Virus record (IMG/VR): IMGVR_UViG_3300005512_000094
Location: 1 to 40,629 of that record
Strand: one strand, 5' to 3'
DNA from: a virus
Lineage: Duplodnaviria; Caudoviricetes
DNA: 40,629 nucleotides
The notes beneath the pieces were generated by a model. It saw only the letters and a list, made by a program, of their open reading frames with translations, made no database searches and was not told where the DNA came from. Below are positions 1 to 10,314 of this stretch, in pieces (the first letter of the stretch is position 1; each line of letters begins with the position of its first letter). A program made the translations under genes and the position numbers.

Positions 1-2
1 GA

Positions 3-1493
3 TTAAATAACCTCGCAGGAGATCATGCGAATACAAATAATGCCGACATCAGAGTTGTTAGTCACAGTTCAAACTATAAGATGTCAATCGAGGATCATAA
101 TAATACCTCTTTAATGGTTTTAAAGGGTGATGGTAAGATTGGTATAGGAACTGATAGTCCATCTAACTTTTTACATGTCAAAAATTATACATCTGCTAGC
201 AATTATGTAACCGTCGAAAATACTACTACCGGTAATGCAGGAATTAGACTAAAAAATAGTGCTGGAGACTATCTAATTTTTGCAAATGCTGATTTAAGAT
301 TTTATGATCTTGCTAATAATGTAGACAGACTTCGTATAACTTCTGCTGGTGATGTTTGTATTGGTGGTCACTCTTCAAACTATGCAAATTCTCCACTAGA
401 AGTAAGAGGCACAAATGCTGGTGGAGATGTTGCCATTAGGGTTACAAATAATTCAACAACTGCTGGTACACAAGCAGGAATTATATTTACAACAACCACA
501 GCAGATTATACAACTGCTGGCATTGCATATGAAAGGGGAGGAACTGCGGATGCCCTTAGATTCTATGTTGGTCAATCTTCTGGCGCTGGTGGATTTGATA
601 ATGCAACAGAAAGACTTCGTATAACTTCTGGTGGTAATGTAAATATTGGAAATAAAAACCATCTCTCCCATCATTCCACTGTAGATTCATTACAGATTGG
701 ATATGCTCTTAATCTTTACGAAGATTCTTATACTAATGGAACTGATAACTACGTTGTTTTAGGAAATAACGTATATTATAATAATGGCAACAAATATATG
801 CGTAATGATGAAGCATCACGCATAATGATGCAAGCTGGAACTTTCTACTTCCAAAGTGCTGCAACAGGAACAGCTGGCAATGCCATATCATTTACGGACG
901 TACTTCGTATAACTTCTGCTGGTGATGTAGGTATTGGTGATAATGCACCAAATAATAATTACGGAACGAACTTAAGTGTTCATAGCACTGCGACAGATGG
1001 TGCAAGACTTAAGTTAAGTGATGGAACGACTGGAAAAGGAAATCTTGATGGTCTTGATATTATATCAACTGGTGGAGTAGCATATTTCATCAACCGTGAG
1101 AATGCTGATATATCATTCTCAACAAATGGATCAGAAAGACTTCGCATAACTTCTGCTGGTGATTTACAAAGACCAAAGAGTTTGTCACAAGAAGTCAGTA
1201 CTTCTGTATCTTCAGTATCTGCGACATCATGTGGATCATTTGCCAAGGCAACCTATAGATCTGCATATGTTATTGCCCAGATTACACAAGGATCTTCATA
1301 TCAGGTTGGTCGTTATCTTGTCATTCATGACGGAACAACTGCCACGACCGTTGAAGAATCTGCGATTGCGACCGGAGATATGTTGGGAACATTCAGTGGT
1401 GTGGTGAGTGGTTCTAATGTCGAGTTCAGAGTCACGATGAGTAGTGCATCATCTGCCACGGTGATTACTAAGATTGAATCAATCGTCGTTTGA
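3..1493 (+). CDS. Tail fibre-like structural protein, 5'-truncated by the window edge (frame is open from base 3; the Met at 81 is probably internal)
   Basis: Repeated G(K/D)(I/V)GIG and (E/D)RLRITSxG motifs typical of cyanophage long tail-fibre modules. C-terminal YRSA..HDG domain seen in cyanophage virion proteins. No stop codon in frame upstream of 81. Confidence 0.75.
   Translation, partial: LNNLAGDHANTNNADIRVVSHSSNYKMSIEDHNNTSLMVLKGDGKIGIGTDSPSNFLHVKNYTSASNYVTVENTTTGNAGIRLKNSAGDYLIFANADLRFYDLANNVDRLRITSAGDVCIGGHSSNYANSPLEVRGTNAGGDVAIRVTNNSTTAGTQAGIIFTTTTADYTTAGIAYERGGTADALRFYVGQSSGAGGFDNATERLRITSGGNVNIGNKNHLSHHSTVDSLQIGYALNLYEDSYTNGTDNYVVLGNNVYYNNGNKYMRNDEASRIMMQAGTFYFQSAATGTAGNAISFTDVLRITSAGDVGIGDNAPNNNYGTNLSVHSTATDGARLKLSDGTTGKGNLDGLDIISTGGVAYFINRENADISFSTNGSERLRITSAGDLQRPKSLSQEVSTSVSSVSATSCGSFAKATYRSAYVIAQITQGSSYQVGRYLVIHDGTTATTVEESAIATGDMLGTFSGVVSGSNVEFRVTMSSASSATVITKIESIVV
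330..1163 (+). repeat. Four near-identical ~24-nt module-junction repeats CTTCG(T/C)ATAACTTCTG(C/G)TGGT(G/A)AT (LRITSxG) starting at 330, 615, 903 and 1140
   Basis: Read directly from the sequence. Synonymous codons are conserved between copies. Confidence 0.85.
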
Positions 1494-1497
1494 TAAT

Positions 1498-1504
1498 CTA
1501 AATA
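1498..1504 (+). promoter_or_regulatory. T4-type late promoter (CTAAATA)
   Basis: Matches the (T/C/A)TAAATA late -10 box, 23 nt upstream of the ATG at 1528. Confidence 0.6.
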
Positions 1505-1527
1505 CTATGATGGAGATACATCAATAA

Positions 1528-3027
1528 ATGGCAAAGATAAGAGTTGGATTTAGTTCTGATTTTAATGTATCTGGGCAAAAGGTAGGTATTGGAACCGCAA
1601 ATCCAACTGCTCTTTTAGAAGTTGCCGAAACTGCCAAGGCAGATTTTAATATTACCGGTGTCACGACACTGACATCTTATGGTGGTTTTGTAGCGCAGAA
1701 TCAAAATATTACAGAACCAACAGTAATTAAGAGAACGACAAGTAAATCAGGAACTCTTGATAGTATAAATGAAAGAGAAACTGGATTTACAGAACTTGGC
1801 AGTGTTGGTAATAGTCAATCCTTCAATACTCTTTCAGAAGATCTTGTCGTAGAAGACGGAAAGATTTTCAGTATCCATAATACTGAAATGGTTGGTTCTA
1901 CAACCATTGGTGAACAGGATCCACATACTCATGCATCACATGTCTCTGCAGGATCACTAGAGCAAGTATCAGTCACTGGACACTTCTCTGTTCCTTGTGG
2001 TGGAATTAATGAAAGGCAAGAAACACCAATCGAAGGAACCGTAAGATTCAATGATGATTTGAATACACTTGAGTTTTTTAATGGTGTTGAATGGAGACAA
2101 TTTACTTACAATCAAGGACAGAGTGGTCGTGCAGTATTTGGAAAAGGAGGAAGTCCAAACACACTACAACCGTATCAGTATTTAAATATAAACACAAGAG
2201 GTAGATCTGAGTATTTTGGAGAATCTACCACTAGTAACTACATATCGTGCAATGCTTGTGGAGATGGAATTCGTGGATTGTGGGGTGGTGCTATTTCAGC
2301 AAACACAGATGTTATAGAGTATATAACAATGGCATCTACGGGAGATGCAATTGATTTTGGTAATTTGACTGACGGCAGAGATAGTGGATGTTCTACGTCA
2401 AGTTCTACAAGAGGTTTGTGGGCAGGAGGTATTGATAGATCTCCAGCAGTTGCTGGAAGTAATGTCATTGATTATGTAGAAATTCAAACTCTTGGAAATG
2501 CACTTGATTTTGGTGATTGTTTTTTTAAAGCAACAGAAAATAATGGAGTTGTATCAAGCGGTATAAGAGGATTTTTTCAGGGTGGAGGATATCCTGCTTT
2601 TAACAATGGTATAAACATGATAACGATTGCATCAAAAGGTGATGCAATTGATTTTGGAGATTTAACTATCACAGCATCATATAAAGGTGGTTTTTCTTCA
2701 CAAGTTAGAGCAGTTATTGGTGGAGGCATGGCAGTATATCCAGCAACTCCAACAGATCAACAAGATACTTATATCATGGCATCTGCAGGAAATGCAACTA
2801 ACTTTGGAAATTTATCTGTAGCAAGACACTCTCCCATGGGATCTTCCACTCATGTGAGAGGAATATATGCAGGAGGATCTGCTCCCGGTGATAGTGTTGC
2901 TCTTGCTGTTGTTGATAGTATCATAATCGCATCTGATGGAATAGCAGAAGATTATACAGAACTATCAACTCCATTAACATTTGGAGGTGGTGTTTCAGAC
3001 TCTCACGGTGGTTTAGGAGGTTTCTAA
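1528..3027 (+). CDS. Kelch-like six-repeat beta-propeller virion protein, paralog 1
   Basis: N-terminal MAKIRVGFS/VGIGT segment, PxG..R..G.VRFN..LEFF.G..W motif, six xRGxxxGG...IDY.TIA..GNA.DFG.L repeats, ends SDSHGGLGGF. Confidence 0.7.
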   Translation: MAKIRVGFSSDFNVSGQKVGIGTANPTALLEVAETAKADFNITGVTTLTSYGGFVAQNQNITEPTVIKRTTSKSGTLDSINERETGFTELGSVGNSQSFNTLSEDLVVEDGKIFSIHNTEMVGSTTIGEQDPHTHASHVSAGSLEQVSVTGHFSVPCGGINERQETPIEGTVRFNDDLNTLEFFNGVEWRQFTYNQGQSGRAVFGKGGSPNTLQPYQYLNINTRGRSEYFGESTTSNYISCNACGDGIRGLWGGAISANTDVIEYITMASTGDAIDFGNLTDGRDSGCSTSSSTRGLWAGGIDRSPAVAGSNVIDYVEIQTLGNALDFGDCFFKATENNGVVSSGIRGFFQGGGYPAFNNGINMITIASKGDAIDFGDLTITASYKGGFSSQVRAVIGGGMAVYPATPTDQQDTYIMASAGNATNFGNLSVARHSPMGSSTHVRGIYAGGSAPGDSVALAVVDSIIIASDGIAEDYTELSTPLTFGGGVSDSHGGLGGF

Positions 3028-3028
3028 G

Positions 3029-5110
3029 ATGGCAAAAATAAGATTTGGTTACTCTGATGATTTCACTGCAAAGAATAGTGGTGTTGGTATTAATACCACA
3101 GAACCACAAACAAACTTAGATGTTGTTGGTGTCGTAAAAGGTCAGGATCTAAAGGTCACTGGTATCTCATCACAGACAGGATATGAAGGATTCCTGAGAG
3201 CAGATCATCAGATCGAAGAAGAAACTCAACTAAACTTTGGACAAGGAGTCAACGCCTCTTTGTCTGGTGAGATTATTGTCGGAACTGGTCAGACTGTTAC
3301 CGTCAATGAGGTTGCCAAAGAGACTGTAGCAGTTGGTAATAATGGTAATAAATTATGGCATAATCTTGTTACTAATAAACATTCTGGTATAATAGACGGT
3401 GCTTATTGGAATGGCAGTACATTTGATTTTGATGGTTCAAATGATGTAATTACAGGTGAATCATGTCTTACCCTTTTTACAAATGATACTGATCATACTA
3501 TTGAAATGTGGGTCAAATTTGATGATGTAACTACTAGGCAAACGATAATCAGTGGATATGTTTCAGATTCAGACAGATGGGATCTTGAAGTCGGTGGTGG
3601 TAAGTTAAAAGGTGGTCATCATGACGCTGGATATTTTACCAGCACTGCAAGTGTAGTCACTGGTAAATGGTATCATCTTGTATACGTTCATGACCATGCT
3701 TCTTCATTGTGGAGAGTCTTTATAGATACTGCCACCGATGTTACTCGTACAAATGCAGGTAGAGATCTTACTACCCCTACTCCATTAGGCATTGGTGATA
3801 GGACAAATTCATCAATCGGTCACTTAGATGGTCAGATTAGTATAGTTCGTATTTATTCAAGAGAACTTACATCAACAGAAATTAGCACAAACTATAATCT
3901 TGGTCAATTTTCTAAAGAAACATCAGTAACTGATGGTCTTATTACACATTATAATGCATCCAATCCAAGTTCTTATCCTGGAACTCTCAATGCTGTTGAT
4001 ACCACAAATACTAATATTGCAGGTGGAAGTCAGATAGAATGCATGAAGGTTTATAATACCTTCACACCTCCAAGTGGTGATACAAATCAGAGACCATCAA
4101 AACCAAAACCAGGTCAATTATATTATAACTATGACTTCAAAACTATTGAGTTTCATGATGGTTATGGTTGGAGACAGGTAGATAATACAACTAGAAGTGG
4201 TCGTGGTGTTATAATGGGTGGTAGAGATACTCCTGGAGCAACAGTATCAGAAATAGATTTTATACAAGTCACTACATTAGGAAATTCACAATCCTTTGGT
4301 GATTTGCAAAGTGGAAATATGGAATCAGGTGCCTGTTGTGCAGATTCTACAAGAGCATTAAAAACTGGAGGATCTAGTAGTGGAACTGAATATGATAATA
4401 TTGATTATGTAACTATTGCAAGTCAAGGAAACTCAATTGATTTTGGAAATTTACAAGCAGGAACAAGAGGACACGGATGTTGTTCTTCCTCATCAAGAGG
4501 AGTGACTGGTGGTGGTGTAATTTCCCCAAACAGTGATACAAATAGAATGGATTATTTTGAGATACAAACTTTAGGAAATGCTCTAGATTTTGGAGACCTT
4601 GTTGTTACCGAAAGAAATATATCCATGATTTCTTCACCAACAAGAGGTGTTCATGATGGAGGAAATTGGCCCAATACCACAACTTTGGGAAATTTTACGA
4701 TTGCATCAAAAGGAAATTCTGTAGAATTTTCTAAAAGTCGTAGTGCATATGGAGGTGGAGTTGTTGGTAATAGTGTTAGGGGTGTTTTTTGTGGTGGATA
4801 TGTTGGTACAACACCTCGTGCAACGAAAGAAATTGAATTTATTACATTTTCTTCTTTGGGAAATACAATATATTTTGGAGATTTGAGTAATTTAGTCACT
4901 GCTGCTACTGGTGGAATGTCTAATTCTACGAGAGGAATTGTTGGTCCAGGAAATAAATCATTTCCTGGTTCTGTTGATTATACAAATACTCTTGAATTTA
5001 TTACAGTTTCAACAGCAGGAAATTCAGTAGACTTTGGTGATATAAGTGGTCCCATGAGAACTTTTACACCAAAAGTATCAGACTCACACGGTGGTCTAGG
5101 AGGTTTCTGA
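3029..5110 (+). CDS. Propeller paralog 2 with a LamG/concanavalin-like insert
   Basis: FDGSND..TIEMWVK..WYHLVYV..G.I..VRIYSRELT LamG signature followed by six repeats; ends SDSHGGLGGF. Confidence 0.7.
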   Translation: MAKIRFGYSDDFTAKNSGVGINTTEPQTNLDVVGVVKGQDLKVTGISSQTGYEGFLRADHQIEEETQLNFGQGVNASLSGEIIVGTGQTVTVNEVAKETVAVGNNGNKLWHNLVTNKHSGIIDGAYWNGSTFDFDGSNDVITGESCLTLFTNDTDHTIEMWVKFDDVTTRQTIISGYVSDSDRWDLEVGGGKLKGGHHDAGYFTSTASVVTGKWYHLVYVHDHASSLWRVFIDTATDVTRTNAGRDLTTPTPLGIGDRTNSSIGHLDGQISIVRIYSRELTSTEISTNYNLGQFSKETSVTDGLITHYNASNPSSYPGTLNAVDTTNTNIAGGSQIECMKVYNTFTPPSGDTNQRPSKPKPGQLYYNYDFKTIEFHDGYGWRQVDNTTRSGRGVIMGGRDTPGATVSEIDFIQVTTLGNSQSFGDLQSGNMESGACCADSTRALKTGGSSSGTEYDNIDYVTIASQGNSIDFGNLQAGTRGHGCCSSSSRGVTGGGVISPNSDTNRMDYFEIQTLGNALDFGDLVVTERNISMISSPTRGVHDGGNWPNTTTLGNFTIASKGNSVEFSKSRSAYGGGVVGNSVRGVFCGGYVGTTPRATKEIEFITFSSLGNTIYFGDLSNLVTAATGGMSNSTRGIVGPGNKSFPGSVDYTNTLEFITVSTAGNSVDFGDISGPMRTFTPKVSDSHGGLGGF

Positions 5111-5116
5111 TGTCCG

Positions 5117-5123
5117 ATAAATA
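5117..5123 (+). promoter_or_regulatory. T4-type late promoter (ATAAATA)
   Basis: Intergenic match upstream of the ATG at 5142. Confidence 0.6.
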
Positions 5124-5141
5124 TAGGAAAGTAGTAGTATA

Positions 5142-6509
5142 ATGCCTAAAATAAGGATTGGTTTTTCAACTGATTTTAATTTAGTAGGTGAGCAGGTTGG
5201 AATCGGCACCACAAATCCAACTGCTCGCTTAGACGTTGCTGGACAAATTCTTGCAGATAATACTGCTGGTAGTGGTGGAGTATCAACCTTTAGAGAGTAT
5301 CAGGGATTTCACCAAACACAAAGTAATGTCAGTCATAAGGTTACGATTGATGCAACCACTGCTGGTAATCTAAATTCTTTATCTGGTGAACTAAGAATTG
5401 ATGGAGATGTCACGATTGCACCAGATACATCAGTGACCAGTGGAAAGATAGATAGTCTGACTGCAACTGATAAGTTTGCCGTTCCTCTTGGTGATACAAA
5501 TAGTAGAGATAATACACCAGAAGCAGGAACAACTAGATTTAATCAAGACTTCGGAACACTTGAGTTCTTTGATGGTGTAAGTTGGAAGACAGTAAATTCA
5601 TATAGTAGAGGTGGTGCTGCTGGTCGTATGGTTCTTGGTAGTGGAGTTACTCCAGGTTATACCAATGTAATTCAATACTTTAACATAAACACATTTGGCA
5701 ATTCTGAATATTTTGGAGATCTTACTTTAGCTAGAGGTAATATATCATCCTGCTCATCAGCAATTCGTGGGATATGGGCTGGTGGAGCAGATGGAACTTA
5801 TCGTGACATTATCGAATATGTAACTATTGCATCAACAGGGAATTCAATTGATTTTGGTAACTTGTCAACAGCAAATAGAGCATATATAGGAGCAACTTCT
5901 TCATCAACTCGTGGTATATTTGGTGGTGGTTACACTACATCTCCATCGGCCGCAATCGTAGATATAATTGATTATATTGAGATTGGAACATTAGGAAATG
6001 CACTTGATTTTGGAAATTTATTTGTAGGTAGATATTCTGCTGGTGCTGTCTCAAATGGAGTAAGAGCAGTTTGGGGAGGAGGCAATACCCCAAATAGAAG
6101 TGTCATTGATTTTGTCAATATTGCTTCTAAAGGAAATGCAGTTCGTTTTGGTGATTTAACCGTAGCAAGAAGAAATTGTGCTGGTGGATCATTTTCTAAC
6201 AATGTTCGTGGTTGTTTTTCTGGTGGACAAACACCAGCATTTTTAAATGTAATAGATTATATCACTATTGCATCTGAAGGAAATGCTATAGATTTTGGAT
6301 CTTTATCTACAATAAGAGCAAGACCCGCTTCAAGTTCAACAAATACAAGAGGTGTTATGGCAGGAGGTCTTAATCCATCCGTACTAAATTCAATTGAGTA
6401 TGTAAATATTACATCTACCGGTGATGCACAGGACTTTGGAGATTTATATCTAGCAACTGGCACACCAGGTGGTTGTTCAGACTCTCACGGCGGACTAGGA
6501 GGTTTCTAA
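5142..6509 (+). CDS. Propeller paralog 3
   Basis: N-terminus similar to paralogs 1 and 2; six repeats; ends SDSHGGLGGF. Confidence 0.7.
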   Translation: MPKIRIGFSTDFNLVGEQVGIGTTNPTARLDVAGQILADNTAGSGGVSTFREYQGFHQTQSNVSHKVTIDATTAGNLNSLSGELRIDGDVTIAPDTSVTSGKIDSLTATDKFAVPLGDTNSRDNTPEAGTTRFNQDFGTLEFFDGVSWKTVNSYSRGGAAGRMVLGSGVTPGYTNVIQYFNINTFGNSEYFGDLTLARGNISSCSSAIRGIWAGGADGTYRDIIEYVTIASTGNSIDFGNLSTANRAYIGATSSSTRGIFGGGYTTSPSAAIVDIIDYIEIGTLGNALDFGNLFVGRYSAGAVSNGVRAVWGGGNTPNRSVIDFVNIASKGNAVRFGDLTVARRNCAGGSFSNNVRGCFSGGQTPAFLNVIDYITIASEGNAIDFGSLSTIRARPASSSTNTRGVMAGGLNPSVLNSIEYVNITSTGDAQDFGDLYLATGTPGGCSDSHGGLGGF

Positions 6510-6510
6510 G

Positions 6511-9282
6511 ATGGCAAATTTAAGAGTAGATAAGATTACAAGCACAGAAACCTTTGAGAAGACTGGTTCGGTTCAGTTTGATGGTAGTGGGGATTATTTA
6601 AGTCTTGGAACTTCATCAACATTTAACTATCTACACGATAGAACAGAACCATATTGGACTATAGAAGGATGGATTTATTTCAAAGAATCTGGTAGTTATG
6701 ATGCATTATTTGGAAATAACAGTGGAACTGCACAAGTTGGAGTTTATTTAGGAAAAGATACCTCCGATAGATTGGTTTTTAGTATTAATAAAGGAACGAC
6801 AGGTGTAACAGCATTAACTTTAACATCAACAGAAACTTTTTCTAGTGGTAAATGGTATCATATTGCTGTAACTAATAATAATTATCTTATTAATACATTC
6901 ATAAACGGCGTAAATATTAACAGTGGATATTGGGGATCTGCAAGTACTAATGATGCTAATACTACTTTAAATATAGGAAGACTTGGAACATCTACTGTCT
7001 GGGATCATAATGGTCACATAAGCAACCTACGAATCCTCAAAGGTCAAGCACTCTACACCAAGAACTTCAAACCTCCAATGAGAGAACTTGAAGTTATTCC
7101 AGGAACTGTTCTTCTTGCTTGCCAATCAAAGACTGATGCATCATTAGAAAAGACTGGTAAGACCATCACAGTCAATGGAAATGCAGTTGCAAATGAACTC
7201 ACTCCTGGTATTCTGACTGATGTTGTGAAGTCTGGTGGAACAAGTGCGATTACTGGGTCTGTTGAGTTTGATGGTAATGGAGATTATTTGAGTGTTCCTT
7301 CAAGTAATAATGATTTTTATTTTGAAGATCATAAATTTACTATTGAATGTTGGACATATACAGGACTAGATACCACATCTAACCACAGTTTATTGGCACA
7401 ATGGGGTTCTGGAACTGATAGAAATATTCAATTTGATTATAGAGGAGATGCATCTAAAGTATGGAGATTCTATTACAGAACTTCAGCCGCATCTGCCGAA
7501 CTTGTAAATAGCACTAGTGTCATAGAACCAAATAGTTGGTATCATCTTGCTGTTGTTGCAGATGGAACTAATTTAAAATTATTTGTAAATGGTGTTTTGG
7601 AAGACACAAATGCCATTGCAGGAGATGCTCAAAATTCAACTGTAAATTTGTATATTGGTTCATATCAAGGAACACTACAATATTATAAAGGATATATCTC
7701 CAACCTCCGTATAGTCAAAGGCACTGCACTCTATACAGCAGACTTCATTCCACCAACCAGAGAACTCAAAAAAGTTCCAGGCACTGTTCTTTTATGTTGC
7801 CAAGACCCTGATAATCCACTCACAGAAGCAACTGGGAAGACCATAACTCCTTATGGTGATCTCGGTGATGGAAGTCTTGGGGGAGAATTAGTCACAAATA
7901 ATAGTGTATGGACTCTTGCTAAAGGTGGTAGTGGAGCCACTGATTGGACTGTTAGTAATCAGGGTAGATCACTGGCAGGAACAACTGTTACTAGTGGTTA
8001 CATAAGAGCAACTTACACCGTACCGAAAGGTGATTATCTTGTTTCTTTTCGTTGGACTGGTGGTGCTTTTGCAGCTCAGAGTTCTGCTGGATACGTAGTC
8101 GCAACAGACGGAACTTCTACTGAATTTGGAAGTTCTGATGATGGTACATATAGTGTCTATATGTCTGACACCACATATGTAAGATTCACTGGAACATCTT
8201 GGAACACTGCATATACGGTTGATGATATTAGTATCAAACGAATTTATAAAAATAATGGTGCATCAAACTTCACACCACAAGTCGGTGATGATAGACAAAT
8301 AACCTTTGAGGGTGTCACCAAAATAAACACAGATGCTTATTTCTATCTCCCAACTGGTGATACTGCATCAAGAGAAGCAACTGGAAATTATAATGTAGGA
8401 ACTCGTGGATTATTTGGGGGAACCTTCAACATATCCTTTACCAGAACTAATATAATTGGTTATATAACAATAGCATCCACAGGAAATGCTATTGATTTTG
8501 GAGATTTATCAGTGATACATGTCGTTACATCTTCATTGTCATCAAGAACTAGAGGATTATGGGCTGGGGGCGCAGGTTCGGATGGATCAAGAACAAATAC
8601 TATAGATTATGTGACTATTACGACGACAGGAAATGCTCTAGATTTTGGTGATTTATCATATGTAAATTATTATTCACAAGCTTGTTCATCTTCGACTAGA
8701 GGAATAATTTCTGGTGGAAATGTTGCATCATTTACATCAACAGACAATATTGATTATATTACTACTGCATCAAAAGGTAATGCAAATGATTTTGGTAATT
8801 TGAATACATCAAAAGACAAATCTGCCGGAATCAATTCACCAACAAGAGGTATTTTTGCCGGAGGGCAAAGTAATGCAGAGAGAATTAATTCAATTGAATA
8901 TATTACCATTGCAACAACAGGAAATGGGTCTGATTTTGGTGATTTGACAAAATTTAGAAGTTTTACAAAAGGTGTTAGTAGTGTTATTAGGGGACTGATA
9001 ATTGGAGGACAGCAAAACATGCCTACTAATATAATTGATTATGTGACTATTGCGACGACAGGAAATGCAATTGATTTTGGTGATATAACATTCACTACCA
9101 GTTCAGAGACTTCTGCTGTGTCATCACTAATTCGTGGTGTGACTGGTGGTGGAGCTTATAACAATAGTTTGGAGTATGTACAAATACCAACAACTGGTAA
9201 TGCACTTGATTTTGGAGATCTTACTGTTAGTGGATCTAATTATAATGGAGGATGTTCTAACGGACACGGTGGTCTAGGATAA
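6511..9282 (+). CDS. Propeller paralog 4 with two LamG-like domains and a further beta-rich insert
   Basis: Two FDG.GDYL..TIE.W..WYH.AV..GYISNLRI.KG.ALYT domains; six repeats; ends SNGHGGLG. Confidence 0.7.
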   Translation: MANLRVDKITSTETFEKTGSVQFDGSGDYLSLGTSSTFNYLHDRTEPYWTIEGWIYFKESGSYDALFGNNSGTAQVGVYLGKDTSDRLVFSINKGTTGVTALTLTSTETFSSGKWYHIAVTNNNYLINTFINGVNINSGYWGSASTNDANTTLNIGRLGTSTVWDHNGHISNLRILKGQALYTKNFKPPMRELEVIPGTVLLACQSKTDASLEKTGKTITVNGNAVANELTPGILTDVVKSGGTSAITGSVEFDGNGDYLSVPSSNNDFYFEDHKFTIECWTYTGLDTTSNHSLLAQWGSGTDRNIQFDYRGDASKVWRFYYRTSAASAELVNSTSVIEPNSWYHLAVVADGTNLKLFVNGVLEDTNAIAGDAQNSTVNLYIGSYQGTLQYYKGYISNLRIVKGTALYTADFIPPTRELKKVPGTVLLCCQDPDNPLTEATGKTITPYGDLGDGSLGGELVTNNSVWTLAKGGSGATDWTVSNQGRSLAGTTVTSGYIRATYTVPKGDYLVSFRWTGGAFAAQSSAGYVVATDGTSTEFGSSDDGTYSVYMSDTTYVRFTGTSWNTAYTVDDISIKRIYKNNGASNFTPQVGDDRQITFEGVTKINTDAYFYLPTGDTASREATGNYNVGTRGLFGGTFNISFTRTNIIGYITIASTGNAIDFGDLSVIHVVTSSLSSRTRGLWAGGAGSDGSRTNTIDYVTITTTGNALDFGDLSYVNYYSQACSSSTRGIISGGNVASFTSTDNIDYITTASKGNANDFGNLNTSKDKSAGINSPTRGIFAGGQSNAERINSIEYITIATTGNGSDFGDLTKFRSFTKGVSSVIRGLIIGGQQNMPTNIIDYVTIATTGNAIDFGDITFTTSSETSAVSSLIRGVTGGGAYNNSLEYVQIPTTGNALDFGDLTVSGSNYNGGCSNGHGGLG

Positions 9283-9303
9283 ATATGATAGAGGTAGTAT
9301 AAC
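9279..9303 (+). promoter_or_regulatory. Late promoter overlapping the stop codon, plus RBS spacer (ATAAATA-TGATAGAGGTA)
   Basis: The same spacer recurs at 12450 and 15993. Confidence 0.65.
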
Positions 9304-10311
9304 ATGTCAGAGATTCCAGCAGGCGCAATGAGATTTAACTCCGACTCACAGAAGTTGGAGTATTGGAATGGCTCGGCATGGTTTCAGGTTCATACTGCAA
9401 CATCAAATCTTGCAACGGCAGGTGATAGAGAACCTGGTGCTCGTGGAATAATTGCAGGTGGATCTCCCGCAACTCATGGTGATAATATTGACTATGTTAA
9501 TATTTCATCAACAGGAAATGCTCTAGAGTTTGGAGATCTAACACAGAATATAAAATATCCAGGTGGTTTTTCATCTGCAACTCGTGGACTTATAGGTGGA
9601 GGAGAAACCAGTGGATCTTATCATCAATTTATAAGATATATTACCATCTCATCCACTGGCGCTACAGAAAGTTTTGGTAATTTGGGACAGGCAAGAACAT
9701 ATATGGGAGGGTGCGCCAATGCAACAAGAGGTATATTTGGTGGTGGAAAAAATCCAAGTAATACTAAAATTTCAGATATAGAATATGTAACTATTGCATC
9801 AACAGGTGATGCAGTAGATTTTGGCAATTTTAGAGTGGCAAGAGGAGTTCCTGCTGGTCTTTCTAGTCCAACAAGAGGTGTATTTGGTGGTGGATATAGT
9901 CCAACAGTGTGGACAGATATAGAATTTGTGACTATTGCAACAACAGGGGTCGTACAGGATTTTGGTGAATTAACTCAAGGTGGACTTTTTGCTTCCAATG
10001 CAGCATCAAATCCCATTAGAGGACTTTTCTTTGGAGGATCTCCTAGCAATAACACAAATATTGATTTAATTAATATAGCATCAACAGGTAATGCAATCAA
10101 GTTTGGCGATATGACAATTGCTAAAGCTTATAGAAATTGTGCTAACAGTCCAACGAGAGCAATTGCTGGTGGAGGACAAACACCTGGCAGCACTACAATC
10201 ATAGACATGGTAGAAATTGCAACAGAGGGAAATGCGGTGGAATTTGGAGATTTAAGACAAGATCAACATCTTAGTGGTGCTAGTTTCTCTAATGCACACG
10301 GAGGTCTATAA
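9304..10311 (+). CDS. Propeller paralog 5 (short form)
   Basis: Starts at PAGAMRFNSDSQKLEYW; six repeats; ends SNAHGGL. Confidence 0.7.
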   Translation: MSEIPAGAMRFNSDSQKLEYWNGSAWFQVHTATSNLATAGDREPGARGIIAGGSPATHGDNIDYVNISSTGNALEFGDLTQNIKYPGGFSSATRGLIGGGETSGSYHQFIRYITISSTGATESFGNLGQARTYMGGCANATRGIFGGGKNPSNTKISDIEYVTIASTGDAVDFGNFRVARGVPAGLSSPTRGVFGGGYSPTVWTDIEFVTIATTGVVQDFGELTQGGLFASNAASNPIRGLFFGGSPSNNTNIDLINIASTGNAIKFGDMTIAKAYRNCANSPTRAIAGGGQTPGSTTIIDMVEIATEGNAVEFGDLRQDQHLSGASFSNAHGGL

Positions 10312-10314
10312 GAA

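Noticed and set aside
329-912. ACTTCGTATAA resembles part of a loxP arm
   Set aside because: Only a partial single arm with no inverted partner at 8-bp spacing and no recombinase in the window; explained by LRIT codons.
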